Made by a program: the position numbers and the translations under genes. From Candidatus Chaera renei (GTDB taxonomy: Bacteria > Patescibacteriota > Saccharimonadia > Saccharimonadales > Saccharimonadaceae), in NCBI GenBank assembly GCA_004100265.1, contig SCKW01000001.1:1-40588 (forward strand): 40,588 nt of DNA, written 5' to 3'. The first letter of the stretch is position 1. Each line of letters begins with the position of its first letter. This document shows, piece after piece, positions 18,157 to 30,094 of this stretch. The notes under the pieces were generated by a model. It was not told the origin of the DNA, searched no databases, and saw nothing but the letters and a program-made list of their open reading frames with translations.

Positions 18157-18650
18157 ATAATCCTCATGTGGCGCAGTTTTTTCATACCCAGCAGCATCAA
18201 TTTGCCAATGTCTTCGTACTCTATTTTATCCAGCGCCTCGTTAAAGGGAAACCATTGAATGCTGTTCATGTAATCCTCTTTTTTGATGGCGTCGGTGTCG
18301 CCCTTGGCGCGCACCAGATAAATCTGGGTGGTCATCAGCACCAGGGTTTTTAGCCGACGGTAGCGAAAATGAATTTTGCCCAGCCAGCAAAGCACCTCGG
18401 TATCCGACAGCCCGGCCTCCTCTTTTATTTCGCGAACGGCCGTTTCTTGGGCGGTCTCGCCTTCTTCGATATGCCCTTTGGGGATGGTCCAGCGTTCGCG
18501 CGGATCTTGGATCAGCAGTATTTCAACCTGCTTTTGCTCGTTCAGCCTAAAGACCACGCCTCCGGCGGTAGCTTCGCGAACAACTTCTTCGATAGACTGT
18601 TTGCGACGCGAAAAATATTTTTTAAAACGTTCAAACCTAGGCGCTTGCAT
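18153..18650 (-). CDS. NUDIX hydrolase
   Basis: Nudix box [23 protein letters not shown]. Overlaps nusB (14 nt) and rnc (4 nt), so it is probably co-transcribed with them. Confidence 0.85.
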   Translation of the reverse strand: MQAPRFERFKKYFSRRKQSIEEVVREATAGGVVFRLNEQKQVEILLIQDPRERWTIPKGHIEEGETAQETAVREIKEEAGLSDTEVLCWLGKIHFRYRRLKTLVLMTTQIYLVRAKGDTDAIKKEDYMNSIQWFPFNEALDKIEYEDIGKLMLLGMKKLRHMRII

Positions 18651-19089
18651 CGGGTACTTCCTTTACCAGAGAGCGGTAAGCGGTGCCCAACACGCCGTTG
18701 ACGAACTTGCTGGAATTGTCGGAGCCGAAAGCCTTGGCCAGCTCAACCGCCTCGTTAATGGCCACTTTAGGAGGCACCATCTTATGATCCCCTTTCAGCT
18801 CGTAAACCGCCATGCGCAAGATTACCCTGTCGATCCGCGCTATCTGCTCTATCGGCCATTCCGGCGCTATGGGTTGCAAGATGGCGTCCAGCGCTGGGCC
18901 CTGCTCGCTTACCCCGCTGACCAGCTGTCGGACAAACTGCTTGTCTTGCACCGCGTCTTCGTACCGGCCTAGGTTACGCCGCAGAATTTCATCCAGCGAA
19001 ACCGACGGGTCGTGGCAACTGGTTCTAAACTCGTACTCGTAAAGCGTTTGCAGAGCAATGATGCGCCCGAGATGCCTGTTGGATGCCAT
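18637..19089 (-). CDS. nusB: transcription antitermination factor NusB
   Basis: 150 aa. R..ALQ.LY..E start and an IDRVILR...YEL...[11 protein letters not shown] pattern. Confidence 0.9.
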   Translation of the reverse strand: MASNRHLGRIIALQTLYEYEFRTSCHDPSVSLDEILRRNLGRYEDAVQDKQFVRQLVSGVSEQGPALDAILQPIAPEWPIEQIARIDRVILRMAVYELKGDHKMVPPKVAINEAVELAKAFGSDNSSKFVNGVLGTAYRSLVKEVPDASA

Positions 19090-19209
19090 GGCTGTTGTGG
19101 TTGCTTACCGTTTGTTAATTTTCTTTTAAAAACACCTTGAACTCTTTCATCGAGTACGCCCGCGCCACCCGCGGCTTTTGTTAAAAACGGCGGCGCGGCC
19201 GGTGCGTCG

Positions 19210-19365
19210 TTAAGCCGCTTTGACGGGCTTTTTGGGGTTATGCCGCTTGGTAGTCAAAACTTTGACGGGAGATTTGGCATTAACCGCGCGGGCCAACTTT
19301 AATACCAGATGGCTGCGCCGCAGGCCGGTTTTGCGCCGGCTGGTTTGTTTTTTGGGTTGGCCCAT
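19210..19365 (-). CDS. rpmF: 50S ribosomal protein L32
   Basis: MGQPKKQTSRRKTGLRRSH matches the L32 N-terminal pattern (M.VPK.KTS..R...RR.H). I start at the internal ATG 19365 rather than the track start 19443. An AAGGAG lies upstream. Confidence 0.85.
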   Translation of the reverse strand: MGQPKKQTSRRKTGLRRSHLVLKLARAVNAKSPVKVLTTKRHNPKKPVKAA

Positions 19366-19477
19366 GCTAAAACGTGCTGCTCCTTCTTGCTGTTCGATTG
19401 ATACTTTGGTTAGCAGTATAACAAAAACAGATGTAATCGGCAAATCGGCTCGGTTAAAGTTCGGTCTGGCAGCAGTA

Positions 19478-19506
19478 TTGACATTTTTAATTCATCATGT
19501 TATAAT
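19478..19506 (+). promoter_or_regulatory. perfect consensus sigma70 promoter TTGACA-N17-TATAAT
   Basis: TTGACA at 19478-19483, a 17-nt spacer, TATAAT at 19501-19506. The expected TSS at about 19513-19514 coincides with ATG 19514. Confidence 0.6.
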
Positions 19507-19513
19507 GGCATCC

Positions 19514-19903
19514 ATGATGAATTTAACCGCTGAAACCGCATCGCCGTTCAAAGAGTCAACTGCCAATCATACTAAGAAATGGGGTCGCGTTGGGGTCGCG
19601 TTAGCCGGGGTAGCCCTGGCCGGCTGCAGCCAGCCTAACCTAAGTGCCGCGCCGCCGGAGGGCAGCCGCTGCGTGGAGGAATCGGCCCGGCCGGGCGATA
19701 CCCTCAACGGCATGGTCATACGCGCCGTAGAAAAGATGGGTAAGAACCCCGACGAGACAAAACCGGCTCCGGTGACAGTCGCGCAGGCTCTCGCCCACCA
19801 ACGCGGAGCGCTCCGCCCGGGTGACCTGGTAAAGATTTGTGAGCAAAAAAATACAATCGTCTACGCGAAGTTGACGCAGCCCTACCGGCCCGCCAATCAC
19901 TAG
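19514..19903 (+). CDS. putative lipoprotein (lipobox ALAGC), possibly on a leaderless mRNA
   Basis: MMNLTAETASPFKESTANHTKKWGRVGVALAGVALAGCSQP... The long track ORF (from 19220) runs antisense through rpmF and is rejected upstream of the promoter. Alternative ATGs are at 19505 and 19517. Confidence 0.6.
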   Translation: MMNLTAETASPFKESTANHTKKWGRVGVALAGVALAGCSQPNLSAAPPEGSRCVEESARPGDTLNGMVIRAVEKMGKNPDETKPAPVTVAQALAHQRGALRPGDLVKICEQKNTIVYAKLTQPYRPANH

Positions 19904-22350
19904 TCTTTCACGACCAAGCTGACTAACCGGCCCGGCACGTAAATAATCCGGGCCGGTTGTTTGCCACCCAAAAGCCGTTTGATTTTGGCGTTGTTCAACG
20001 CCGCGGTCTTGGCGTCAGCCTCACCGGCGGTGGCGGGCAGGGTGATTTCGGCCCGCACCCGGCCGTTTAGCTGTACCGCCAATACCAACGTATTTGCGGC
20101 CAGCAGGTTTTCGTCCCAGGCTGGCCAGCCGGCAACGTGCACCGAGCCTTCGTACCCCAGCTGCTGCCACAACTCCTCGGCGATATGCGGCGCGAACGGC
20201 GCGACTAAGCGCGCCAGGTCTTTAACGGCTTCGGGCCACGCCTGGCCGTCCATGCCGCTGGCTTTCAACCGGTAAAGTTCGTTGACGTATTCCATCAAAG
20301 CCGCTACTGCGGTGTTAAAGCTTAAACGCTCCAAGTCGTCGGTGACTTTCTTAACCGCCTTGCTCCGGGCGCGCGACACCGGATCGGCACCGCTCTTGGC
20401 CGCCGGGCCGTTTTTATTTTTAACGGACAAGTATTCTTGCGCCAGCATCCAAACGCGGTTTAAAAAGCGATAGGTACCGGCAATGCCGCCGGGATCCCAG
20501 GCGACGTCAAGCTCATAAGGGGCGATAAACAGCTCGTAAAGTCTTAGCGCGTCGGCGCCGTAACCCTGTTCAACCAGCTCAAGGGGATCCACCACATTGC
20601 CTTTGCTTTTGCTCATCTTCTGGCCGTCGTGGGCGTAGATATAGCCGTTAAAAACCAGCCGGTGCACCGGCTCTTGGCGAGTTCGCTCAATCCATCCCTG
20701 GTCGGCAAAAAAACGCATCCAGAAGCGCGAGTACAACAAATGGCTGACGGCGTGGTCGCCGCCGCAATAATAATCAATCGGCATCCAGTAGTTGGCTTTG
20801 GCCGGATCCCAGGCAAGACGGTTGTTGTGCGGATCGGTGTAGCGCAAATAGTACCAGCTAGAGCAGGCGTAGCCGTCCATGGTGTCGGTTTCGCGCTTGG
20901 CGGGGCCGCCGCAAGACGGGCAAGTTACGCTTACCCAACCCTTGGCGCGGCCTAGCGCGCTGGTGCCGCTGCCGTCGGGCAGATAGTCGCTGATTTCTGG
21001 CAGCGTCACCGGCAAGTCGGCTTCCGGCACCGGCACGGCGCCGTCTTTAGGGCAATGAATAATCGGAATCGGGGCGCCCCAGTAGCGTTGCCGGGAAATC
21101 AGCCAGTCGCGCATGCGGTAGTTAGTTTTTTCGCGGGCGACGCCTCTGGCGCTCAGATCGGCTACGATCCGCTCGCGCATCTGGTGCGTAGCCATGCCGT
21201 TATATTCGCCGGAATTCTTGACTTTGCCCTCGCCGCCATAGGGGCTATCCCCTTTCACCGGATCGTAAACCCGCGCTATAGGCAGGCCGAACTTGGTGGC
21301 GAACTGATTGTCGCGCTCGTCGTGAGCCGGCACGCCCATAATCGCGCCGGTACCATAGTCCATCAATACGTAATCGGCGGTCCAAACGGGTATCTTTTGG
21401 CCAGTAGCCGGGTTGATGGCGTAGCTGCCAAGCGGCGTGCCGGTTTTTTCGCGCTCGGTTTCCATGCGTTCGACATCGCTTTTAGATTGGGCGGCCTTAA
21501 TATAGCTGGCGACTTCGGCTTTGTTGGCCGCGGCAGTCAGGCGGGGAACTTGCGGATGCTCCGGTGCCAGCACCATGAAGGTGGCGCCATAGAGCGTATC
21601 GGGGCGAGTAGTGAACACTTGGATAGTTTCGCTGGAATCCGCAACCGTGAAATCAATCTCGGCGCCCTTGCTTTTGCCAATCCAGTTACGCTGCATGGCC
21701 TTGATCTTGGCGGGCCACTCCAGGTCGCCAATGCCATCAAGCAGCTGATCGGCATATTTGGTAATCCTGAAGAACCATTGCTTGAGCCATTTCTTCTCGG
21801 CGGGAGTGTCTTCGTGCCGCCAGCAGCGGCCGTTAATCACTTGTTCATTGGCCAGAACGGTCTTGCAAACGGGGCACCACCATTGCAGGCTTTCTTTTTG
21901 GTAAGCCAGGCCGTGCTTGAACAACTGTAAGAAAATCCATTGCGTCCACCGGTAATACTTGGGGTCGGTAGTGGTAATCTCGCGGGACCAGTCGTAGCTC
22001 ATGCCGAGCCTTTGCAGCTGAGTTTTAAAGCTGGCAATGTTGCGAGCGGTGCTTTGCTGCGGCGGCACGCCGGTTTTGATGGCGTAGTTCTCGGCCGGCA
22101 GGCCGAACGCGTCCCAGCCGATGGTGGTCAATACGTTTTGGCCGCGTTGCCTGTGAAACCTGGCGATCGTGTCGGTTATGGAATAATTGCGCACGTGACC
22201 CACGTGTAAACCCGAGCCGCTGGGATAAGGAAACATGGCCGTAACGTAGGTTTTGGGCCGGTCGGCGTCCTCGGTCGCCTGATAAATTTTAGCGTCGTCC
22301 CATTGGCGCTGCCATTTGGGCTCGATGTCGGCAGGATTATAGCGTCGCAT
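19900..22350 (-). CDS. leuS: leucine--tRNA ligase
   Basis: 816 aa with HVGH (HIGH) and KMSKS motifs and a CP1 editing domain pattern. Confidence 0.97.
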   Translation of the reverse strand: MRRYNPADIEPKWQRQWDDAKIYQATEDADRPKTYVTAMFPYPSGSGLHVGHVRNYSITDTIARFHRQRGQNVLTTIGWDAFGLPAENYAIKTGVPPQQSTARNIASFKTQLQRLGMSYDWSREITTTDPKYYRWTQWIFLQLFKHGLAYQKESLQWWCPVCKTVLANEQVINGRCWRHEDTPAEKKWLKQWFFRITKYADQLLDGIGDLEWPAKIKAMQRNWIGKSKGAEIDFTVADSSETIQVFTTRPDTLYGATFMVLAPEHPQVPRLTAAANKAEVASYIKAAQSKSDVERMETEREKTGTPLGSYAINPATGQKIPVWTADYVLMDYGTGAIMGVPAHDERDNQFATKFGLPIARVYDPVKGDSPYGGEGKVKNSGEYNGMATHQMRERIVADLSARGVAREKTNYRMRDWLISRQRYWGAPIPIIHCPKDGAVPVPEADLPVTLPEISDYLPDGSGTSALGRAKGWVSVTCPSCGGPAKRETDTMDGYACSSWYYLRYTDPHNNRLAWDPAKANYWMPIDYYCGGDHAVSHLLYSRFWMRFFADQGWIERTRQEPVHRLVFNGYIYAHDGQKMSKSKGNVVDPLELVEQGYGADALRLYELFIAPYELDVAWDPGGIAGTYRFLNRVWMLAQEYLSVKNKNGPAAKSGADPVSRARSKAVKKVTDDLERLSFNTAVAALMEYVNELYRLKASGMDGQAWPEAVKDLARLVAPFAPHIAEELWQQLGYEGSVHVAGWPAWDENLLAANTLVLAVQLNGRVRAEITLPATAGEADAKTAALNNAKIKRLLGGKQPARIIYVPGRLVSLVVKD

Positions 22351-22425
22351 GATTACTGACGCTTATTATAACCGGTTTTGAGGAGCGCCGCCACGGACCC
22401 CTAGCGGCGCCTTAAGCAGCCCCCT

Positions 22426-22443
22426 AAAAACGCCGCGCGGCGT
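22426..22443 (-). terminator. short intrinsic terminator after the 22448 gene (ACGCC-GCGC-GGCGT plus T5)
   Basis: Read on the minus strand, 4 nt after the stop codon. Confidence 0.45.
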
Positions 22444-22447
22444 AAGC

Positions 22448-23842
22448 TTAAAGCTGGTAGATCGTCGGGTTCAATCGGTTGCCCGGCAGCGTCGGCGTGG
22501 GCAGCGGCAAAGACGATCCGCCGCTAAATTGCAAATCTTTTTGCAGGGCATTTAGGGCATCTTGGTAAGGCACGCTGCTCGAGGGCACCACCACCGTGGT
22601 AGCGGCGTCGCTGTATTTAAAATCAAAGTATCCCTTGCTGCCCTTTTGGCTGTTGTCGTAAGCCAACCTGGTGATGTCGTGAGTCCAGTAATCTACCCAA
22701 ATCTCGACGTTGGCCTGGTTCAAATTGTTGATGGTCGTAGGCAGTTCGGGGTCTATTTTAAGACTATTGTCGCATGCCTGTAGCTTTTTGTAGGTGTCGG
22801 TAGCCGCGTACGCCTGAGCCAAAGCGTTAGCCTTGGCGCCGTCAAACCGCAGCTTGTAATGGGCACTGCCCCGGCCGTTGATTACCTGGGACGGCAGGCT
22901 GGCCTCCGGCGTGATAAAGGCGTTTTGCCGGTAAAGTTTCTCTAACTTTTTGCGCTCAGCCCGGTTGCTGGCAAGATCTTTAAATACTTTCTGAAAACAC
23001 TGGTCAGCCAAAGAAGGCCCTTGCGGAACGGATGATCCGCTCAAGCGGATCCACCGGCCGTCAACGGTGGTTAAAAAGTTGTTCAGGCTGCCGGAAGCTG
23101 ATTTTCCGGCCGCGCCGCCTCCGGCCAACTGTTCGATAGTACCTTTGAGGTCGTTAAACTTCACGAAAAAGTTTTGATTGCTGTCGGCCACCACGGCAAA
23201 GTTAACGGTGTAGGTTTCGGGCTTGGCCGTGACCGGCGATTCGCCGCGCCCGGTTATGACGCCGTCTACGGCCAGGTTGCTCATTCGGTTAAACCGTACT
23301 TTCAAGTCGCCGGACATGGTGGAGGTTCCCGACGGATCGGCATAGCTTACCTTGCCTTCAAGCGCCAACCGGCTGGTTGCCGCCAGCTTCAGAACGCTGT
23401 CGGTAACGGCCGTTTGCGGGCGGTTGTAAAGCGCTAAAACCCCAAAAGAGCCCAGCAGTACAATCGCCAGCACCGCCAAAACCACGAACAGGCCCAGTTT
23501 GTTGGCGCGCGCCGGCGGCTTAACGAAAGGCGGTGCCACAGGGCTGCCGCTCAACGCGGGCGCGGCGGGATTGCCCAAAGGCCGGTCGGCTGGATTGTTT
23601 GGTTCCGGCTCGGCCGCGGTTGGGCTGGCGGTTGGCTGAGCGAGATGCAAATCCGGCTCATCAGGCTCCGGCCGGGCGGCGTTTAACTCCTGAGCGTGGT
23701 TAGCCGAAGGCATCTCGCCGGTACCGCTTGGCTTGGCAAATTCGGACGGCTGATCCTTAACCTGCCAAGGCGAGGTGTCCGGACGATCGGCTCCGGCATC
23801 AGAATTATTTGGGTTATTAGCGTCCGGTTTATCGGGAGCCAT
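22448..23842 (-). CDS. hypothetical membrane-anchored protein with Pro/Ala-rich disordered N-terminus
   Basis: 464 aa with a single TM helix (LGLFVVLAVLAIVLLGSFGVLAL) after about 110 low-complexity residues. The large extracytoplasmic domain belongs to no family I recognise. Confidence 0.7.
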   Translation of the reverse strand: MAPDKPDANNPNNSDAGADRPDTSPWQVKDQPSEFAKPSGTGEMPSANHAQELNAARPEPDEPDLHLAQPTASPTAAEPEPNNPADRPLGNPAAPALSGSPVAPPFVKPPARANKLGLFVVLAVLAIVLLGSFGVLALYNRPQTAVTDSVLKLAATSRLALEGKVSYADPSGTSTMSGDLKVRFNRMSNLAVDGVITGRGESPVTAKPETYTVNFAVVADSNQNFFVKFNDLKGTIEQLAGGGAAGKSASGSLNNFLTTVDGRWIRLSGSSVPQGPSLADQCFQKVFKDLASNRAERKKLEKLYRQNAFITPEASLPSQVINGRGSAHYKLRFDGAKANALAQAYAATDTYKKLQACDNSLKIDPELPTTINNLNQANVEIWVDYWTHDITRLAYDNSQKGSKGYFDFKYSDAATTVVVPSSSVPYQDALNALQKDLQFSGGSSLPLPTPTLPGNRLNPTIYQL

Positions 23843-23901
23843 GGCGGGTTTACTCCTTTATCGCTTTTACGCTTATGTTAATTATTGTTATTTATAACAC
23901 G

Positions 23902-25197
23902 TTAGACCGCGTCTTTAAAGAATTGAGCCCGTTTTTTCAGCAGCCACTGCGGCGATTGGCGCACCAGCCTGGCTTCGTCGGCGGTGCTGTGCAGCAGCAT
24001 CTTCAGCGCTTCTTCGGTAAATACGCCGTTTTGCGAACCTTTGGCCAATACCACCGCGTGAGGCTCTAGCACTTTGTGAACAAAAGCGCCGGCTTCGTAC
24101 GGACTGGCAAAACTGCGCACCTGGCAGCCCCGGGCGGCAGCGGCCGGAGCCAGATATTGGGCGGCGTCGTGGCCAACTGTTACCACCCAGGCCAGAAGCC
24201 TCGGATCGCACAACTCGCCCAGACTTTCGTGCAGCTGCGGCGACATACCCCCCAGCTCGTTCATCGAACCCAAAATGGCAATGCGCTGCGGCGCTTCAAA
24301 ATCGTAAAGTGTTTTCAGGGCCGCGGCGGCGGCGAGCGGGCTGGAATTGTAGCTGTCGTCAATTAAAACCGAGTTGTTCAGGCCGCGCAGCAACTGCATT
24401 CTGCCCGGCACCGGTTTGACCGATTCCAAACCGCTGACAATCTGGCGGCCGCTCAAGCCCAGTTTGGCCCCCACCGCGGCGGCGGCAACCAAAGCCTTTA
24501 AGTTATGTTCGCCCACCGCGTTGAGCGAAAGGCTGACGCTGCCCAGTTCCGGCCCTGTCAGCTTGCCTTTAAAACCGCCCTCCGCCAGCCGGTCTTCTAT
24601 TAAAAAATTGTACTCGGCCACGCCGCTAAGCCCGTAGGTTGAAATCGAGCTGGTGGCGGCGTAGCGAGCGAACTCCTCGGCGATGTCATCGCGGTTGATC
24701 AGCGCTAGCCCGCTGGCCGCGGCCGGGCTAAGTTCTTCCCGAGCAACGGTATCCAGGTCTTTAAAAAACTCCATGTGCTCGGGCGAAACCGCGGTAATAA
24801 CAGCTATGTCGGGCTTTAAGTAACTCATAAAACGCGGTATGTCGCCGGGAGTGTCGGTGCCCAGTTCTTGAATAATTACCTCCACGTCTTTCGGCCGCGC
24901 CGTCTTTAGGCGCATCAGCAACAACACTTTCAACCACTGCCAAGCCGAGCGCGGGTTGGGCGGATATGGCACATCCATCAGGGCCAGCGGCACGCTGAAA
25001 TGGGTGTTGTGATTGCCCTGGTGCGCTCTAACCCGAAAGCGCTGCCCCAACACCGTGGCGATAGCCGCCTTGGTGCCGGTTTTGCCAACGCTGCCAGTTA
25101 TTACTACCAGTTTGGGTGGGGTTTTTTTAAAATAACGCCTAACTTGTGCCTCGAGCAGTTGTAAGAGTTTGTTTTTCATAAAATGGATCAGGCTCAC
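23902..25197 (-). CDS. murF: Mur ligase family protein, MurF-like (UDP-MurNAc-tripeptide--D-Ala-D-Ala ligase)
   Basis: P-loop VITGSVGKTGTK, a central Mur ligase domain (GEHN) and a C-terminal domain (DDSYNSSP). The N-terminal domain is short. Confidence 0.75.
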   Translation of the reverse strand: MSLIHFMKNKLLQLLEAQVRRYFKKTPPKLVVITGSVGKTGTKAAIATVLGQRFRVRAHQGNHNTHFSVPLALMDVPYPPNPRSAWQWLKVLLLMRLKTARPKDVEVIIQELGTDTPGDIPRFMSYLKPDIAVITAVSPEHMEFFKDLDTVAREELSPAAASGLALINRDDIAEEFARYAATSSISTYGLSGVAEYNFLIEDRLAEGGFKGKLTGPELGSVSLSLNAVGEHNLKALVAAAAVGAKLGLSGRQIVSGLESVKPVPGRMQLLRGLNNSVLIDDSYNSSPLAAAAALKTLYDFEAPQRIAILGSMNELGGMSPQLHESLGELCDPRLLAWVVTVGHDAAQYLAPAAAARGCQVRSFASPYEAGAFVHKVLEPHAVVLAKGSQNGVFTEEALKMLLHSTADEARLVRQSPQWLLKKRAQFFKDAV

Positions 25198-25321
25198 AAA
25201 GTAGTATACGCAATACCGCAGGTCTGAGTCTAATCGCTGGCGGGGTGCGGTACTCTTTGCCGCCGTAGACTACCCGGCCATCCGAAAAAATTTTGATATT
25301 CACAAATTTTACTAATTCTAC

Positions 25322-25795
25322 TTAACGACGCGCCTGCCGCAACTCTGATACTTTTATAGTGGCTTCTTTCGGTACGTTCTCAAAATTAGTTTCTGCGTCC
25401 TCAATAAACCAATCGCGAATTTCCAGCGGATATAAAAGTAATTGCGGCAGACCTTTTATTTCATACCAAATAGGGTCATAAAAATTGTCGCTACTTTCTT
25501 TGATATCCCGCGCTTCATTGCCATAGCCAAGTTTTGGCTCACCAGAAACATAACGGCAAAGATAGAAAAATTGCTCGGTATCGTCGTCGTAAATATGGTG
25601 GTAAAGTAATTTTTCTATCCTTATTTCTAAAGATGTTTCCTCTTGAACTTCGCGCAGAACCGCTTGTTCTATAGTTTCGCCATTTTCCACGCCGCCGCCA
25701 GGGAAAACATAGTATTCTCTGCGATGGTTTATACGATGCATAAGCAAAACTTTTCCGTCATTGGCAACTATGGCGACGGCGCGGATTCTTTTCAT
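25322..25795 (-). CDS. NUDIX hydrolase (AT-rich, probably foreign)
   Basis: Nudix box GGGVENGETIEQAVLREVQEETSL. The sequence is visibly much more AT-rich than its neighbours. Confidence 0.85.
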   Translation of the reverse strand: MKRIRAVAIVANDGKVLLMHRINHRREYYVFPGGGVENGETIEQAVLREVQEETSLEIRIEKLLYHHIYDDDTEQFFYLCRYVSGEPKLGYGNEARDIKESSDNFYDPIWYEIKGLPQLLLYPLEIRDWFIEDAETNFENVPKEATIKVSELRQARR

Positions 25796-25918
25796 AAATT
25801 CTTTTTACAATTTCTTTATACTCTTATTTATTAAATGACCTGGTACATCAGGAGATGTGGGACCTCGTGGACTACGTGCGCAGCGAGCAGTTCGCGCTCC
25901 TACTCAGCTCGTAACTGG

Positions 25919-26092
25919 TCAGGTGATTTGAGGTAGCCAGGCATTTCCTTGGGTGAGTTGGGTGAGGGCGTCGAAGAGGTTGAGGCCGTGTTCTTGGGTG
26001 GTGGCGGCGTAGGAGCGGATGGCGGCGAATTGTTGGGCGCCGGTGAGGGTCCGCAGGCAGCCGGAGACCTTCTGGCGGACCTTGGCCAGCGG
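25919..26092 (-). mobile_element. truncated 3' end of an IS66-family (ISBst12-like) transposase gene (last 57 codons plus stop)
   Basis: Hand translation: PLAKVRQKVSGCLRTLTGAQQFAAIRSYAATTQEHGLNLFDALTQLTQGNAWLPQIT*. This matches, from memory, the conserved C-terminal block (K.SG.FRT..GA..F..IRSY..T..K.G......L) of this transposase group. An in-frame TGA at 26099-26101 cuts it off upstream. Confidence 0.55.
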
Positions 26093-26200
26093 GGACCGTC
26101 AGGGTGGACTACAACCAGCCCTTCGACGACCTGCTGGCACGCCTGGTACCCGCAGGCGTACACCACGCCCTCCAAGCCAGCGACAGAGCCGCAAAGCAAA

Positions 26201-26228
26201 CCTCCCGCCCGGAATCCCGGGCGGGAGG
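26201..26228. other. 12-bp perfect GC-rich hairpin CCTCCCGCCCGG-AATC-CCGGGCGGGAGG
   Basis: Read from the sequence. It lies inside the GC-rich patch between the IS66 remnant and tRNA-Ala. Confidence 0.6.
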
Positions 26229-26281
26229 TACCTCGTGCTCTAGCCGCATGCACGAGGGGCAAGGTTGCCCTCCGAGCACTT

Positions 26282-26358
<77 letters not shown>

Positions 26359-26588
26359 GCGCCGGTAAAATATCAGACGGGCCCGAGCAATTACTATACT
26401 AAAGTGTCGCCAGATTGTCGACCGGAGTTATTTTGTATTGGCAACTGGGGGCTCGTGCGCGCCCACCCGGCTCTTTTTTTGTGTATGTTTTTAAGGGAGT
26501 TTTTTTATTTAACCTTGGCCGCGTACGTTAAAAAGAGCCTTTTGCACACGAACCGCGCCAGTCTGGCCCCATCATGCCATAAGCGTTT

Positions 26589-29080
<2,492 letters not shown>

Positions 29081-30088
29081 TTAAAGCAGCTGGCGGTACA
29101 GTTTGTAAAAATAAATTGTGGACAAAACCAAACCCAGGCCGTCGAGGGCGCCAAGCAGCGCCGGCACCGTTAGGGCGATCGGCCCGTTTAATTTGGCGCC
29201 AAGCAGCGCCAGCGGCACGGCCGCCGCCGTCCAGGCGACGGCGAACCAAAGAGCCGCCACCAGCAACCGGCGCAGCAGCATCAGGCGCCGCCCCATCACC
29301 AGTTGTTTGGCCAGGCGCAGCGCCGCCACCGGATAAGTGTTAGGCAGGGTAACGATCACCAAAGCCATGAACGACTGCAGCAGCCAGTAAACCGTTAAAA
29401 CCACCATCAAGCCGGCGGCCAGGGCGAACATCATGGCCTCGGCCCCGCTTAACCCGCCTGGCTGACCCAGCGTGTAACTTAAAATCAACGCCCCCAACAG
29501 CCCGGGTAAGCTTTGCAAAGTCATTACTAAAATTATCAGCAGCACGGCGATCAGCGGCCGCGGCGAGTTATAAAGCGCCTGGCGCACTGTGGGATTTTTG
29601 CCGGCGCTAGCGTAGCGGGCGGCCCAAACAAGGCTAAGCACAAAAATTAGCGTCAACAGACTGCCGGCGAATTGCTGCAGGTCGCTCAGCGGCGGGTTAA
29701 CTATGCCGCCCAGCGTTCCGGCGGCCAGGGCGGCCGGATTCTGGCCGGCGCCTAAACCGGTATCCGACAAATTCGAGCCGGTCTGTAATCCCTTGATCAG
29801 CCATTGCGCCGGTACGTACAGGGCAGCCAGGCTACCCAGCAGCTTAAAATGTTTCTTAAAAAATCCCAAAGACTCCAGTAACAAACGGCTGCTACCTGGC
29901 AGCTTAACGGGTTTAGCGGCTTTTCGGGCGCGCTTGCCACGGCTAAGCCGAAAACTACGAAACTCCGCCTGCTCCCGATCGCGCCTGATCCTTTGCCAAG
30001 CTGCCGCCAGCCGCCGGCGAACAGTTTGGGCGGTTATTTTTAAGGCGCCGCGCGGCGCGCGAGACTTGATTGGGGCGCTTTTTGGCAT
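29081..30088 (-). CDS. hypothetical polytopic membrane protein with basic N-terminus
   Basis: 335 aa with about 6 TM helices. No recognised family. Confidence 0.65.
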   Translation of the reverse strand: MPKSAPIKSRAPRGALKITAQTVRRRLAAAWQRIRRDREQAEFRSFRLSRGKRARKAAKPVKLPGSSRLLLESLGFFKKHFKLLGSLAALYVPAQWLIKGLQTGSNLSDTGLGAGQNPAALAAGTLGGIVNPPLSDLQQFAGSLLTLIFVLSLVWAARYASAGKNPTVRQALYNSPRPLIAVLLIILVMTLQSLPGLLGALILSYTLGQPGGLSGAEAMMFALAAGLMVVLTVYWLLQSFMALVIVTLPNTYPVAALRLAKQLVMGRRLMLLRRLLVAALWFAVAWTAAAVPLALLGAKLNGPIALTVPALLGALDGLGLVLSTIYFYKLYRQLL

Positions 30089-30094
30089 GCCCGT

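Noticed and set aside
19220-19513. N-terminal 98 codons of the 227-aa plus-strand track ORF
   Set aside because: This part is antisense to rpmF and lies upstream of a perfect consensus promoter. The lipoprotein signal peptide begins only after ATG 19514.
25198-25304. Small GTG-initiated minus-strand ORF running into the murF start
   Set aside because: It is out of frame with and overlaps murF. It has no RBS or recognisable motif, so it is likely spurious.
25841-25870. Possible duplicate of the tRNA-Ala 3' end (TGGTACATCAGGAGATGTGGGACCTCG versus TGGTGGAGCTAGGGAGACTCG) as an att scar
   Set aside because: Only about half the positions match and there is no contiguous core, which is indistinguishable from chance.
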